Notes under the pieces: generated by a model
Database searches by the model: none
What the model was told of the DNA's origin: nothing
What the model saw: only the letters and a program-made list of their open reading frames with translations
Source of the DNA: Aureliella sp.
Lineage (GTDB): Bacteria > Planctomycetota > Planctomycetia > Pirellulales > Pirellulaceae
DNA length: 64,000 nucleotides
Direction: 5' to 3'
Assembly (NCBI GenBank): GCA_963691875.1
Contig: OY829846.1
Span: forward strand, 1,600,001 to 1,664,000
Position numbers and translations under genes: made by a program
Shown here: positions 1-10,211 of the stretch, piece after piece
How positions within the stretch are numbered: the stretch's first letter is position 1
Layout of the letters: each line of letters begins with the position of its first letter

Positions 1-1
1 C

Positions 2-262
2 GCACTGCTCGAATTCGTCGAACCTGAAAAGCCAAAGACCGGCAAGCTCTCAGGGCTAACGTTTTGCTTCAGCGGCAGTTTTGAGGAAGGCAAACGTCAC
101 TGGGAACAACAAGTCGAGAATCAGGGAGCCAAGACGTCCAGCAGCGTCTCGAAGAAAACAAACTACTTAGTTGCCGGGCCAGGTTCAGGGTCGAAGAGCG
201 AGAAGGCTGACAAGCTCGGCGTCCCCATCCTCGACGTCTCCGGACTCCGAGATCTGTTGTAG
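2..262 (+). CDS. ligA: NAD-dependent DNA ligase, C-terminal BRCT domain (5' truncated by window edge)
   Basis: Manual frame-2 translation gives ...GKLSGLTFCFSGSF...GAKTSSSVSKKTNYLVAGPGSGSKSEKADKLGVPIL...LL*, the typical LigA BRCT tail. Not in the ORF track. Confidence 0.85.
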   Translation, partial: ALLEFVEPEKPKTGKLSGLTFCFSGSFEEGKRHWEQQVENQGAKTSSSVSKKTNYLVAGPGSGSKSEKADKLGVPILDVSGLRDLL

Positions 263-295
263 TCTCGTGGGCGAGCAGCTCTCAACCGAAAATAT

Positions 296-3200
296 TTACT
301 CTGTCCGTATCGATTTTGAGACGCGTTTGCCCAATTCGTCTTGCTGTACCTTAATGGTCAGCGGCCAGCCGGGAACGTTCTTGCGGTCGGGCTTCCGGTC
401 GGCATCAAAAGTGTGTAGCTCTATGCGGATCAACATCTTCTTCTTGTTGAAGTGCACGAGTCCATACCCCTGAGTGTCCGGCGCTGTGCCGTAAACTGTG
501 ATTTTATTTCCGAAACGATCGTGATGATTACCCGACCCCTCGATGCCTTCGATGCTATCGCCTTGAGCCGTTACGGATGGAGCCCAACGCCGATTTGCCT
601 TGGAGGCAAAGGCCGGAACGGAGAAAGACCAAGGACCATCATGCCAATCATGAATTCCGTGACGTGCAAGAGTGCCGTAGTGAATGTCGCCAGAGATCAT
701 AACCGGATGCGCAGCTTGAAGGCACTTGAGACCACGGTCTCGCGCGGTCTTGGGCCACCCATTGGAGTCCATATCTCCGTAGCTTGGATCATAATTGCCG
801 ATATTGCAAAGTGGGGACTGATGTAGCACCGCGGATAGTTTTCCGGATGCGACCGTCTGCTCTGCCCAGTCGGCAAGAAACTTCTCTTGAGACGTTCCGA
901 AGAGATGCAGCTCTGGATGCTCAAGCAGGCTGGTGTCGAAAGCAGGATTCTTGATGACTTCCAGTGTGCGGTTTGGCCGTTTGCTCTCTGGATCTGGAAC
1001 AGGACTATCTAGCACCTCGCTCGGCGGCGATTTGAATTTTCGATCTTCTGCAATTGCAAATCGAACGCCGCCATAATCCAAGTCCGTGAAATACGATCGG
1101 ATTCCGTCTCCCCAGGTGCCTTCGCGCGATCCAGGCAGATGCCACATCTGCGTCTCCTCGACTGCATTCACCCAGGCTGGATGACAAGGATATCCGCCAG
1201 TCGTGCGTGCGCCTTTCATGATCCAGCCACCGTTGCCCCAAAGATCATTGGCGTAGACGTCGTGATCGTCGGTCAGCATGATCGAGGGACGATCTTTGAG
1301 GAGCTCGCGAAAGATCAAGCCAAACTTCTGCCACTTCGCGAGGTAATTTTTCATGCCTCGGGGAACATCTTCCCTGCGTGTCGCCATCACCACTTCTCCG
1401 CCGGCGTTCGACTCGTAGATCTGATCTCCCGCGAAGAACACCAGATCTGGATCCTGAGCGATCATCTGCTCCAGAGCTTCGGCGTAGGGAGAATACTTAT
1501 CGTTCACACAGGCAATGGCCATCAACTTAAATGTGTCCGTAGTCGGTTCCGCCCGAATAACGCCTTCCCACTGGCCCTTGCCACAGACAACGCGGTAGTT
1601 AACATCACGCGAACCATCCCAGTCTCTAATTCGAAAGGCTGCCATTGCAGTCAGTTGATCGATCGGTTGCTGAGCCACCGTCTTCCACTCGTCCTCGGAC
1701 AGGACCTGCAATTGTGCTTTCGCTTGCGCGGGATTCAAAGGATCGAGATCTGTATGAGCCGTCAACTTCAGCGTACTGTTGCTCAAGCAATACTGAGTCC
1801 AGAGCACAGCCGGTACACCTGCGACTTCAGGAATCCGCGAAACTCTACAAAAGTAAGCACCGTGGCGTTTTCCGTCAGAAGTCTCCAGCCACGTTTCCAA
1901 ATCCGTCGGACCCGCGGGAAGGTCAATTTCGAATACCGCACTAGTTTGCTTTTCATCGGTAATCCGAAGTTCGGCCGACTTGCCTGCGACTACGATGCCC
2001 GCGGCAATCGACTCGAGACTCTTTTCGATGTAGTGCGGCCAGCGTGTGAGCTCAAAACGGTAGCGACCGGGCTGGTCGATTTGAACTTTCCATGCTCCAT
2101 TCTTGATCAATCTTCGCTTGACATGGTTGCGTGCCCATGGCGGACCACCAACCGGCATAGCCCATTCTTGACTCGTTAGATCCGAGGGATTCTCACGGTC
2201 TGAACCAAGCAAAATTCTTGTCGGCTGCATCGATGGTAGGAGAGAACGATGCCACGCAATGTGGTACTCATTTAGCCTCGACACGACTTCCGGAAACTGC
2301 TTTGCGACATCGATTCGCTGCGATGGGTCAGCCTCAATGTCGTATAGCTCGCGGCCTTCGACCAAACGCCAACGCTCGGTCATCGCGACTCCAATTTCCC
2401 AAGGATCACCTGGCTTGGTGTAGCCGTTTCCACCATGCATCTGGCTATGGAGGATTCTCTCCGACCAATCGATATTTGCATCACGCAAAAGCGGCTCTAG
2501 CGAGCGTCCATCCAAGCTCATCCAATCCCCGGGTCGCTCGAGATCACAAAGATCCATCAAGGTAGGAGTTAGATCGAGATGCGCGCTTAGATTGGGTATT
2601 TCTCGCGGAGACAACTTCTTCGGCCAATGCATGAAAAGCGGCACGCGGTGCCCCCCATCATAAGCAGAGCTCTTTCCACCTCGCATCCCCACATTCTCTC
2701 CATCATTGACGGGCCAACCATAGATGCGTCCCTTGGGACCGAACTGACACCCGGCAGCGGTGCCATTGTCCGTCAGAAATATGAGCAGGGTTTCTTCTTC
2801 CAACTGCTGCTCCTCGAGATACTTTAGCAAGCGTCCCAGGTTCCAATCGAAGTTGGCGACCATGCCTTTGAAAGCGGCTTGATTCTTCGGCAGTCCCCTA
2901 TCAAGAAATGGCTGCTTCCACTCGTCGCCGACCAAATAAGGACCGTGCGGCGCGTTAGTCGCCAAGTAAACAAAGAAGGGCTTCTCTCCCCCCGCATCAT
3001 CCAACGATGCGTCGATGAAATGCATTGCCTGGTCAAACCACACATCCGTGCAGTAACCTTCGAACTTCTGCCAACGGTCGCCTACAAGATAAGTGTCATC
3101 AAAGTAGTCGTTCGTCCAGTAATCTGAAATCTGAGTCACACCGCCGCAGCGATGCCATATCGACTGGTCGAAGCCACAATCCATTGGCCGAGAAGGTGCA

Positions 3201-3667
3201 CAGTCACCCAAGTGCCATTTGCCGAACATCCCGGTTGAATAGCCGTTTTGAGAAAACAAATGCGCCAACGTCTTTTCTCGTGGATGCAACGCAGTGTGTC
3301 CCGACGAGGTGCGATAGGCGCCCGTCCGAGCGGGATATCGTCCCGTCATTAGCGCAGCCCGCGTCGGCGTACAAAAAGGCGAGACATGGAAGTCGGTGAA
3401 ACGAACGGAACCCTTATGCAGCCTGTCCAGATTCGGCGTCACCAAATGCGGATCGCCGTGACACGACATGTCTCCGTAGCCCTGATCATCCGTCATGATC
3501 AAGATTACGTTCGGCCGCCGCTGCGACCACTTGTCATCAGCCTGCGAAATTTTTTTTGATGCCTGTGACGCCAGCGTCTCGGCAAATCCCATCGTTGGAC
3601 TGAAGACAAGAAAAAAGCAAAGAACCGAAACTCTCACATCGTGCCTTACTGACATCGCTGCTCCCAA
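296..3667 (-). CDS. Secreted arylsulfatase fused to a C-terminal PhoD-like (alkaline phosphatase D) metallophosphatase domain
   Basis: Signal peptide; sulfatase motifs PNVILIMTDDQGYGD, CTPTR, GKWHLG, TDNG. C-terminal half has FFAGDQIYE, DDHDVY and SGDIH metallophosphoesterase-type motifs. Likely start is ATG 3655. Confidence 0.85.
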   Translation of the reverse strand: MGAAMSVRHDVRVSVLCFFLVFSPTMGFAETLASQASKKISQADDKWSQRRPNVILIMTDDQGYGDMSCHGDPHLVTPNLDRLHKGSVRFTDFHVSPFCTPTRAALMTGRYPARTGAYRTSSGHTALHPREKTLAHLFSQNGYSTGMFGKWHLGDCAPSRPMDCGFDQSIWHRCGGVTQISDYWTNDYFDDTYLVGDRWQKFEGYCTDVWFDQAMHFIDASLDDAGGEKPFFVYLATNAPHGPYLVGDEWKQPFLDRGLPKNQAAFKGMVANFDWNLGRLLKYLEEQQLEEETLLIFLTDNGTAAGCQFGPKGRIYGWPVNDGENVGMRGGKSSAYDGGHRVPLFMHWPKKLSPREIPNLSAHLDLTPTLMDLCDLERPGDWMSLDGRSLEPLLRDANIDWSERILHSQMHGGNGYTKPGDPWEIGVAMTERWRLVEGRELYDIEADPSQRIDVAKQFPEVVSRLNEYHIAWHRSLLPSMQPTRILLGSDRENPSDLTSQEWAMPVGGPPWARNHVKRRLIKNGAWKVQIDQPGRYRFELTRWPHYIEKSLESIAAGIVVAGKSAELRITDEKQTSAVFEIDLPAGPTDLETWLETSDGKRHGAYFCRVSRIPEVAGVPAVLWTQYCLSNSTLKLTAHTDLDPLNPAQAKAQLQVLSEDEWKTVAQQPIDQLTAMAAFRIRDWDGSRDVNYRVVCGKGQWEGVIRAEPTTDTFKLMAIACVNDKYSPYAEALEQMIAQDPDLVFFAGDQIYESNAGGEVVMATRREDVPRGMKNYLAKWQKFGLIFRELLKDRPSIMLTDDHDVYANDLWGNGGWIMKGARTTGGYPCHPAWVNAVEETQMWHLPGSREGTWGDGIRSYFTDLDYGGVRFAIAEDRKFKSPPSEVLDSPVPDPESKRPNRTLEVIKNPAFDTSLLEHPELHLFGTSQEKFLADWAEQTVASGKLSAVLHQSPLCNIGNYDPSYGDMDSNGWPKTARDRGLKCLQAAHPVMISGDIHYGTLARHGIHDWHDGPWSFSVPAFASKANRRWAPSVTAQGDSIEGIEGSGNHHDRFGNKITVYGTAPDTQGYGLVHFNKKKMLIRIELHTFDADRKPDRKNVPGWPLTIKVQQDELGKRVSKSIRTE

Positions 3668-3759
3668 AGCCTATTTCGTTTCGCATACAAGCGACGTGAC
3701 GAGATTTACTAGAAGTCCGCGCAAATGAATTCATCGAAAACAGATCGTTGCGAACCCTA

Positions 3760-4173
3760 CTACGATTGCCGATTCCAATGCCTAAAGACTAACTCTTCAT
3801 TCGCCTTCAGGTAACTTTTGTCCATCTCGGGATCGTCGGTTACCCAGATATCAGCCACTTCGCCGAAACGATAGAGAACTGCGATAAGAAGCTGGTCGGA
3901 GCGAATCTCCTCTACAAAGGCTTGCTTCGCATCTTCAGCCGGTTTGCCACTCAGCTCACCCAGAACCGAAACTTGCACCGTCCACTCGAAGCCGTGAAAG
4001 CCAATGAGTTCCTCTCCGTCGACGTCCTCTGCAATAGTCAGCGCCAGTGCACCGTCGGGACTGACAAAGCAACTGCCGACACTGCAACCCGTGTCGGAGG
4101 CAGATTGCCTCGGCGGGTCGGCGGATGAGATTTCTATCTGCTGCCGATCATGTTTATTTTGAGGCGCAATCAT
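3760..4173 (-). CDS. Hypothetical protein
   Basis: 137-aa ORF with a GGAGG RBS upstream, co-oriented with its neighbours and filling the gap. Confidence 0.6.
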   Translation of the reverse strand: MIAPQNKHDRQQIEISSADPPRQSASDTGCSVGSCFVSPDGALALTIAEDVDGEELIGFHGFEWTVQVSVLGELSGKPAEDAKQAFVEEIRSDQLLIAVLYRFGEVADIWVTDDPEMDKSYLKANEELVFRHWNRQS

Positions 4174-4190
4174 GACGTTACCTCCGAAAA

Positions 4191-5993
4191 CTAACGTTGA
4201 GCACGCACAATAATGCGATTGCCTTCAATTTTAATGACTTCCACTTCGGCACCAGAATCTACGTAGTCGCCTTCTGTGATCACATCCACAAGCTGGTCTT
4301 CAAGCAGAATCTTGCCTGATGGGCGCAAGTCCGATTCCGCCACTCCTGTGGATCCAATAACAACACTTGCGGGTCCGCTCGTGCCAGTCTGCAAAAGAGT
4401 CGCAGGCACATCCCTCTCGACTTCTATTGGCTCTTCCGGGGCCGTTAGCTGGAAGCGATTCAATCCTGGAACTGAATCCAAGATGAAGATCTGTACAAAT
4501 ATAAGCACCACGACGCCAAGCATAGAGCCAAGCACAATCAAAGCGTTAGTCTGCAACTGCCCCCATTGGGTCGTGGTTTCTGGAATGACGAATCCTTGGG
4601 TCGCCATCAATAGGGATAGCACCAGCAGTACAATTCCTGTGATGCCGAAAACCCCGAAGCCTGGCAGCACAAAGATCTCGCAGATCACGCAGATCACACC
4701 CAGCACAAACATCATGACTTCCAGCCAACCGGACGTTCCGCCCAGCGCGTGACTCCAGAAGAAAATGCCAAAACAAAGTAGGGAAATGAGTCCCGCGACG
4801 CTGATGCCAGGAGCCACCAACTCAATGTACAAAGCGATGAGTCCGACAATCAAAAGCAGCCCTGTGATCCAGGGCGAGTTCAGGAAGTAGACCGTCTTGT
4901 CTTGCCAATTCAGCTGGGTGCGAGAAATCGTCTCGATATTTAAGGCAGCCAACATAGCGTCTTCATCGGCGAACACGCCATCGGCAATCTGCAGCTCCAT
5001 GGCACGTTTCCCACTCACCGTCAGATACCTGTCCTCCAGTGTTTCCAGCACGGGGCCGATGACTTTATAACGCTCTTCATTTTTCGGTAGCTCCAGCTCT
5101 ACCCGCTTCAAGAATACAACTTCGTTCGTTTCCAGATCGATCGCCTCAAGCACATCCAACTTGCGGACCATCATGGCTTCTGCAAAAGCTGCGGGACGTC
5201 CTCGCGATACAGCAAAGGGCTTAATTTCCACGACTGTGTCGCTAACAAATTTCTCTTCGGTGTATTTGAACACACCCATTTCGTTAAAGCTGATCACACC
5301 GGCGTCGCCGATGCGCGACCCCTCTTGCATGTAAATCCGCTCGGCCCCAAGTGAAATGATCGCGGCGCCGCTGATTGCTTTCTCAGGAATCCAAACGATC
5401 GTAGTGGCCCAATCCGTTTTGGAAAGACGCTTGAGCAGGTCAATTGACTCAACGAGCAAACCGCCAGGCGAATTGAGTTTAATGATGACCAGATCACAGC
5501 CTGTCTCTTTGGCCATGTCCAGACGATTGTTCAAATACCAATAGAAGCGCCCGAAAATTGGACCCTCCACGTCGATCATCAGTGCCTTTTTGAACTGTTT
5601 CTCAAGCACTCCGTCTCGACGCTCTCTGGGCTCAATCGCAGGCAGAGGATCTGGAGCCAGTTCTTCGACTTCTGCGGATTGTTTTTCAACTGCTCCGGCC
5701 TGGGTTTCCTTCTTCGGAGCCAGGGCTTCCTCCGGAACGACTTCCTGTCCTCGCGGGGTTTCTTCCGAGACTTGCTCCTCAGGCTCAGACTGCATCGCCT
5801 CCGAAGGACCCTCTTCCGTCTCTTCACCAATCGAGCCGAACAGGATTTCCTCGCTCGGAACATCTGGTTCCTGGGCGCGACATAGTGAGGCGTTGCAGCA
5901 AGCTAGCAGTACCGACACAAGCGACGCTCGCAGCACGACATTCAGCCGAGCAACATGCGTACTTTCCATTATCAAGAAAAAACTCATCTTCAT
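4191..5993 (-). CDS. nfeD: NfeD-family membrane-bound serine protease (ClpP-class N-domain, TM region, C-terminal OB-fold)
   Basis: LNSPGG, AISGAAII, IGDAG motifs; hydrophobic ELVAPG/EIFVLPGFG segments; C-terminal SDLRPSGK...VDVITEG. Start uncertain (ORF track starts at 6041). Confidence 0.85.
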   Translation of the reverse strand: MKMSFFLIMESTHVARLNVVLRASLVSVLLACCNASLCRAQEPDVPSEEILFGSIGEETEEGPSEAMQSEPEEQVSEETPRGQEVVPEEALAPKKETQAGAVEKQSAEVEELAPDPLPAIEPRERRDGVLEKQFKKALMIDVEGPIFGRFYWYLNNRLDMAKETGCDLVIIKLNSPGGLLVESIDLLKRLSKTDWATTIVWIPEKAISGAAIISLGAERIYMQEGSRIGDAGVISFNEMGVFKYTEEKFVSDTVVEIKPFAVSRGRPAAFAEAMMVRKLDVLEAIDLETNEVVFLKRVELELPKNEERYKVIGPVLETLEDRYLTVSGKRAMELQIADGVFADEDAMLAALNIETISRTQLNWQDKTVYFLNSPWITGLLLIVGLIALYIELVAPGISVAGLISLLCFGIFFWSHALGGTSGWLEVMMFVLGVICVICEIFVLPGFGVFGITGIVLLVLSLLMATQGFVIPETTTQWGQLQTNALIVLGSMLGVVVLIFVQIFILDSVPGLNRFQLTAPEEPIEVERDVPATLLQTGTSGPASVVIGSTGVAESDLRPSGKILLEDQLVDVITEGDYVDSGAEVEVIKIEGNRIIVRAQR

Positions 5994-6004
5994 CCTCTGA
6001 TGCT

Positions 6005-7564
6005 CTACTTCGTAACTGGAGCAGGCTTTTCGTAGAACCACTCAGGAAAGCTTCCTGGCTTTGCACGCTTCGGATTGCGATAATAAAACTGCCTACCTCG
6101 CTCTTGCTTGAGCGGCATCGACATTCCGCCCGAGTCACGCAGCATTTGAAACATCCGGTCGCTCAAATTCTTCGCGATTTCCTGATGCTTCTCGGAACGG
6201 ATCAAGTTGTGTTGCTCGTGAGGATCAGCCTTCATGTCATACAATTCGTCCGTATCCCAGACCCCATGGTACCGGATGAATTTGTACTCTTGATCTCGGA
6301 TGGCGAAGATAGTCGGCGTCTGCGGATAATTCCACTCCCAGTAGTACTCGTACAGCAGTGAATTGCGCCACTGCGCATCCTGACCGAGAGCCAACTTCCA
6401 GAAACTCGATCCATCGATTTCGGGACCAGTCGCACCTGCAACCTCCAGCAAGGTCGGCGCGATATCAATGTTCGTCACGATACGATCAACCTTCGAGCCC
6501 GCTATCAATTTCTCGGGATACTGAACCAGCAGTGGCACACGAATCGACTCTTCGTAAGCAACACGTTTGTCGATAAGGCCGTGCTCGCCAAATTGGAAAC
6601 CGTTGTCGCCCATATAGACAACCATCGTGTCGTCGTAGATACCCTTCTTTTTGAGATAGTCCATAACTCGACCGACATTATCATCCACAGCAGTGAGAGC
6701 TTCGCAGTATCGCTTGTGATAGCCTTCGACATCGAAGTCCTCCAAGTTGTAACCGTACTCGGCACCATGGCGACTATTACGTTGATCGATCAACCACCGC
6801 GGCTTGCCCTTGCGATTTTCGGGTGTATTCGCAAAGGTAACGGGCGGCTTCCAAGGCTTATCCTTGTACTTGCCACGTTCACCATCGCGGGCAACAAAAT
6901 CAGAGTGCACTGCCTTGTGCGAGATATAAACAAAGAATGGCTTGTCTTGTTGCTTTCGATTATCGAGCCAGTCAAGCGCGTAGTCCGTCAGCTCATCTGT
7001 GATGTAGCCCTTCTGTGGAACTCGCTTCTCGCCGTTTACGTTGAAACCGTCGTAAGTTGTTTGAGGCACGACCCGCGTGGTACCGTGCCCATCGGCATAG
7101 TAAGTTCCTTGACCACGAAAGGCGACCCAGTGGTCGAAGCCACGCTGTGGATCGTCTTCGTCTCCCATATGCCACTTGCCAATGAAGGCTGTCTCATATC
7201 CAGCATCCTGCAAGTCTTCCGGAAAGAACCTCAAATTTGGGTCCACCGGATTGTAGTTGTCTCCCACACCGTGATTGTGCGGATACAGTCCCGTCAAAAT
7301 AGAAGCGCGACTTGGTGAACAAAGCGAATTTGTCACGCACGCATGAGTAAACTGCACTCCATTCGAAACCATCGCGTCAAGATGCGGCGTCTCCAAAAAA
7401 GGATGCCCCATGTTCCCCATAAAATCGAACCGATGATCATCACACAGAATGAAAACGATGTTTGGCTTCGTGGCTGGATTCTCATCCGCGAACGCCATTG
7501 TTGTGCAGGCAGAATGAAATAAGGTTGCTATGAAAAAACAAACTACAAATCTAGAAAAACGCAT
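6005..7564 (-). CDS. Sulfatase (GlcNAc-6-sulfatase/mucin-desulfating-like)
   Basis: PNIVFILCDDHR, CSPSR, GKWHMG, GDNGFQFGEHGLIDKR, YEYYWEWNYPQTP; signal peptide. Confidence 0.9.
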   Translation of the reverse strand: MRFSRFVVCFFIATLFHSACTTMAFADENPATKPNIVFILCDDHRFDFMGNMGHPFLETPHLDAMVSNGVQFTHACVTNSLCSPSRASILTGLYPHNHGVGDNYNPVDPNLRFFPEDLQDAGYETAFIGKWHMGDEDDPQRGFDHWVAFRGQGTYYADGHGTTRVVPQTTYDGFNVNGEKRVPQKGYITDELTDYALDWLDNRKQQDKPFFVYISHKAVHSDFVARDGERGKYKDKPWKPPVTFANTPENRKGKPRWLIDQRNSRHGAEYGYNLEDFDVEGYHKRYCEALTAVDDNVGRVMDYLKKKGIYDDTMVVYMGDNGFQFGEHGLIDKRVAYEESIRVPLLVQYPEKLIAGSKVDRIVTNIDIAPTLLEVAGATGPEIDGSSFWKLALGQDAQWRNSLLYEYYWEWNYPQTPTIFAIRDQEYKFIRYHGVWDTDELYDMKADPHEQHNLIRSEKHQEIAKNLSDRMFQMLRDSGGMSMPLKQERGRQFYYRNPKRAKPGSFPEWFYEKPAPVTK

Positions 7565-7615
7565 GAAGTGATTTGCTTTCGAGGAGATAGCTGGGGAGAA
7601 AACGGCGGAGGACGA

Positions 7616-8172
7616 CTATTGCTTCATGGACATCAGTTTGATTTCCATCTCTTTGTCGTCAGCCTCTACAACCAAGAAGATCTCAAAGCGTTTGGCCATG
7701 TCATCCAAGTGTGTTGTCACTCGCTTCCGCTTCATGACGCTTCCTTCTTGATCTTGAACGTTACCCGTGACGATGAAGATTTTCTTCACTTTGTTGTACC
7801 GGCCAGCCATACGAGTTGGGGCTTCGATAAAGTTGTCGACCCACATTCGGTCGTATCGCTTCTTCTTGGGTTTGTAACCGATCAGGCCATGCCCCTCAAA
7901 GTCCTGGTCGACCATCTTGCTCTTAGATTCCCACTTCAGATAAAACCCGCTGCTCACCAGTTTGTTTACGTCGGTCGCAGTATACTTTTCTGGAGGGCCA
8001 TCTGGCCCGTTTATATAAATCTCAACTTCACATTTCCACGTTCCCTCGTCGGCAGCGAATATTTTATGCGACTCGCCAGGCTTGGGGGTGGAGAATCCTT
8101 GAGCGACAGTATGCTTCGAAAAAAAGTGGCTGAGCAGGCGATGAAAAGAGGCAGCGTAGAGAACTCAAGCAT
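7616..8172 (-). pseudogene. DUF1579-like protein with a frameshift in a T7 run near 8119-8125
   Basis: The signal-peptide frame from ATG 8172 switches to PKPGESHKIFAADEGTWKCEV...FEGHGLIGYKPKKKRYDRMWVD; one extra T restores a single ORF. Confidence 0.6.
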
Positions 8173-8225
8173 GAAACTTTCTTGTGGGCAATCAAACGAA
8201 CGGAAAGATGATGCATGAGAGAATG

Positions 8226-9167
8226 TTACTTATTTAGTTCGATACTCTCCAAGCCATAAAACTTGAGAGCGTTCTTGTACAACAGTTTCTCTAGCGTTTC
8301 TCGACCGAGTGGAGCGTAGTAGTCCATGACGACTTGCTTGAAGTCGCCGTAGCTGCCGCCGCGCATTGTGACCGGCCAATTGCTGCCGTAAATTAGGCGA
8401 TCCGAACCGAACGCATTGGTCAGTGCGTCAAGAGTGGACTTGTAAAACTTGACATTGATGGGAGATGGCTGCCGATGCGACTGCTGGAACAGACCAGAGA
8501 TTTTGCAGTAGACGTTCGGTTGCTCTGCAGCCATTTTGACTCCAGCCAACCACTCTGGATCGGCGGTCTTGCCTTCGATATCCGCTCCGGCCACATGATT
8601 GATTAGGATCTTTAGCTCGGGCAACCGCTTGGCAATCATGGTGACTTCTTCCAAACTGAACTGGAACATCAGAACGTCCAGAGTCTTTTTCATTTCCGAA
8701 AGACACTTGAGGTCGCGCCACACTGCCTCGGTGAAGAAATCATCACCATCACGCTCGCGCATTCGAATTCCTACGTAGCGTTCGTCTTTCGAGAGCTTCT
8801 TTAGACTCTCCTCAAATCCAGGTTTGCCAATCTCAAGGCTACCCACCAGACCGATGTAGCGGTTCGGCTGGTCCTCCACCAAGTCCAATACCCATTGATT
8901 GTCGGGTAGCCAACTGCTTGCTTCGACGATCACTGTCGCCGTAATTCCGTTCTTCTCACAAACTTCGTTGAAGTGCTTGGGTAACACAGGACGGTAAAGC
9001 ACTTTGTCGGACTCCGGCGGCCAAGGCAAGCCTTGTTCGCGCGTGGTATCGTACAGGTGTATGTGCGTGTCGACGATCGGGATATCTGAAAAGTCTTGTG
9101 CTGGTAGAACCACTGATTTACAGAGTACTGCAGCGAAGGCAAAAACCTGGATTGGGCGAATTTGCAT
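8226..9167 (-). CDS. Amidohydrolase_2 family protein (L-fucono/sugar-lactonase-like)
   Basis: IVDTHIHLYD, INHVAG, NVYCKISGL, RLIYGSNWPV motifs; signal peptide. Confidence 0.8.
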   Translation of the reverse strand: MQIRPIQVFAFAAVLCKSVVLPAQDFSDIPIVDTHIHLYDTTREQGLPWPPESDKVLYRPVLPKHFNEVCEKNGITATVIVEASSWLPDNQWVLDLVEDQPNRYIGLVGSLEIGKPGFEESLKKLSKDERYVGIRMRERDGDDFFTEAVWRDLKCLSEMKKTLDVLMFQFSLEEVTMIAKRLPELKILINHVAGADIEGKTADPEWLAGVKMAAEQPNVYCKISGLFQQSHRQPSPINVKFYKSTLDALTNAFGSDRLIYGSNWPVTMRGGSYGDFKQVVMDYYAPLGRETLEKLLYKNALKFYGLESIELNK

Positions 9168-9462
9168 GGGTTCACCTGAAAGGATCGCAAGTGGAGATCT
9201 GCTAGGAAGAATCGTAGGCTGTGTTGATCAATCATGAAAACGAGATAGCGGCACCTCGCTAAGAATCACTCAGCAAAACCTAGTCATTAGTACACGTATT
9301 CTACGCGAAGAGAATTCCGAGCGTGAAATGCACTCGGACACTTTTTCCGTCCTACACTTCAAGCGAGCCATTGTTTGGAAAAAATCCCGCGGGATTGCCT
9401 GACATTTTTCGTGCTCATTTTCCAACTAATCCCGTCCGATGGCTTCGTTTTGAGGCAGAACT

Positions 9463-9810
9463 ATGGAAAATTCAGAAGCCGCTGCCAGCCTTGCTTTCCA
9501 AGCGATCATGGGGGAATTAGCTGCAGACAGCAGCAATCGTCGCGATGCCGATCGCGCGCCGTGGCGGTCTGGTGTCGAACTGTACCCGCTTGACGCTGAC
9601 TTGCAGGTCATCGGTGAAATGGCTCGAGTTTACGTCAGCGACATTAGTCGATCTGGAATGGGAGTTGTCTCTGATCGCCCGATCGATCACCAATATGTCA
9701 AGCTGACCGTCCCTGGTGCGGAATTCTCACTCTTTGGCCGGGTCATCCACGTGACCTCGATCGACGAATCGGAAAATCAATTCTTGGTTGGCGTGAAGTT
9801 CTTAAAATAG
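9463..9810 (+). CDS. PilZ-domain protein
   Basis: RRDADR (RxxxR) and DISRSG (DxSxxG) c-di-GMP-binding motifs; C-terminal VGVKF. Confidence 0.75.
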   Translation: MENSEAAASLAFQAIMGELAADSSNRRDADRAPWRSGVELYPLDADLQVIGEMARVYVSDISRSGMGVVSDRPIDHQYVKLTVPGAEFSLFGRVIHVTSIDESENQFLVGVKFLK

Positions 9811-10063
9811 TTGAGCATAACAGGAACGGAACCAGTTTGCCCCTTGTTTCGTGCAGAGCAACTCTTGCCCAAGTCGCTGCCGCGAATTCGTCTCCGCCCT
9901 GTGACTCTCACAAAAATTTTTGAGCCCTGGCCCGTCGCGTTGAGTCTCGGACTCTTCTGGAATTCCTCCTCGAACTCGAAATGTGAGAGGTGGAACTCTC
10001 TGCGCTAGACTGCGGACGCGGCAACTGAATGTTGTCGGTCAAACACAAACGCTAACTGCCAGC

Positions 10064-10184
10064 AAAAGCCGAGACGCTTTCAGAGTGAAAACGACTCGGG
10101 TTTTATGTAGAAAATAAGGTTCAAGGGGCACCTGCCTTGAATCGACCTATCCTGAGACGATCGCTGCAACCAACTTTTGTATCC
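10064..10184 (-). repeat. Structured ~120-bp direct repeat, copy A
   Basis: Aligns with 10828-10954; identical 19-mer GTGAAAACGACTCGGGTTT plus shared CCTGCC, AATCGACCT and AACCAACTTTTG blocks; long hairpin at 10064-10104. Confidence 0.85.
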
Positions 10185-10211
10185 TGGCTACTGCTGGGAG
10201 CTGGCCCCTCA

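Noticed and set aside
1139..2179. 346-aa plus-strand ORF and other long antisense ORFs (e.g. 6581-7318, 7568-8218, 42838-43464)
   Set aside because: Shadow ORFs opposite well-supported genes, with no motifs
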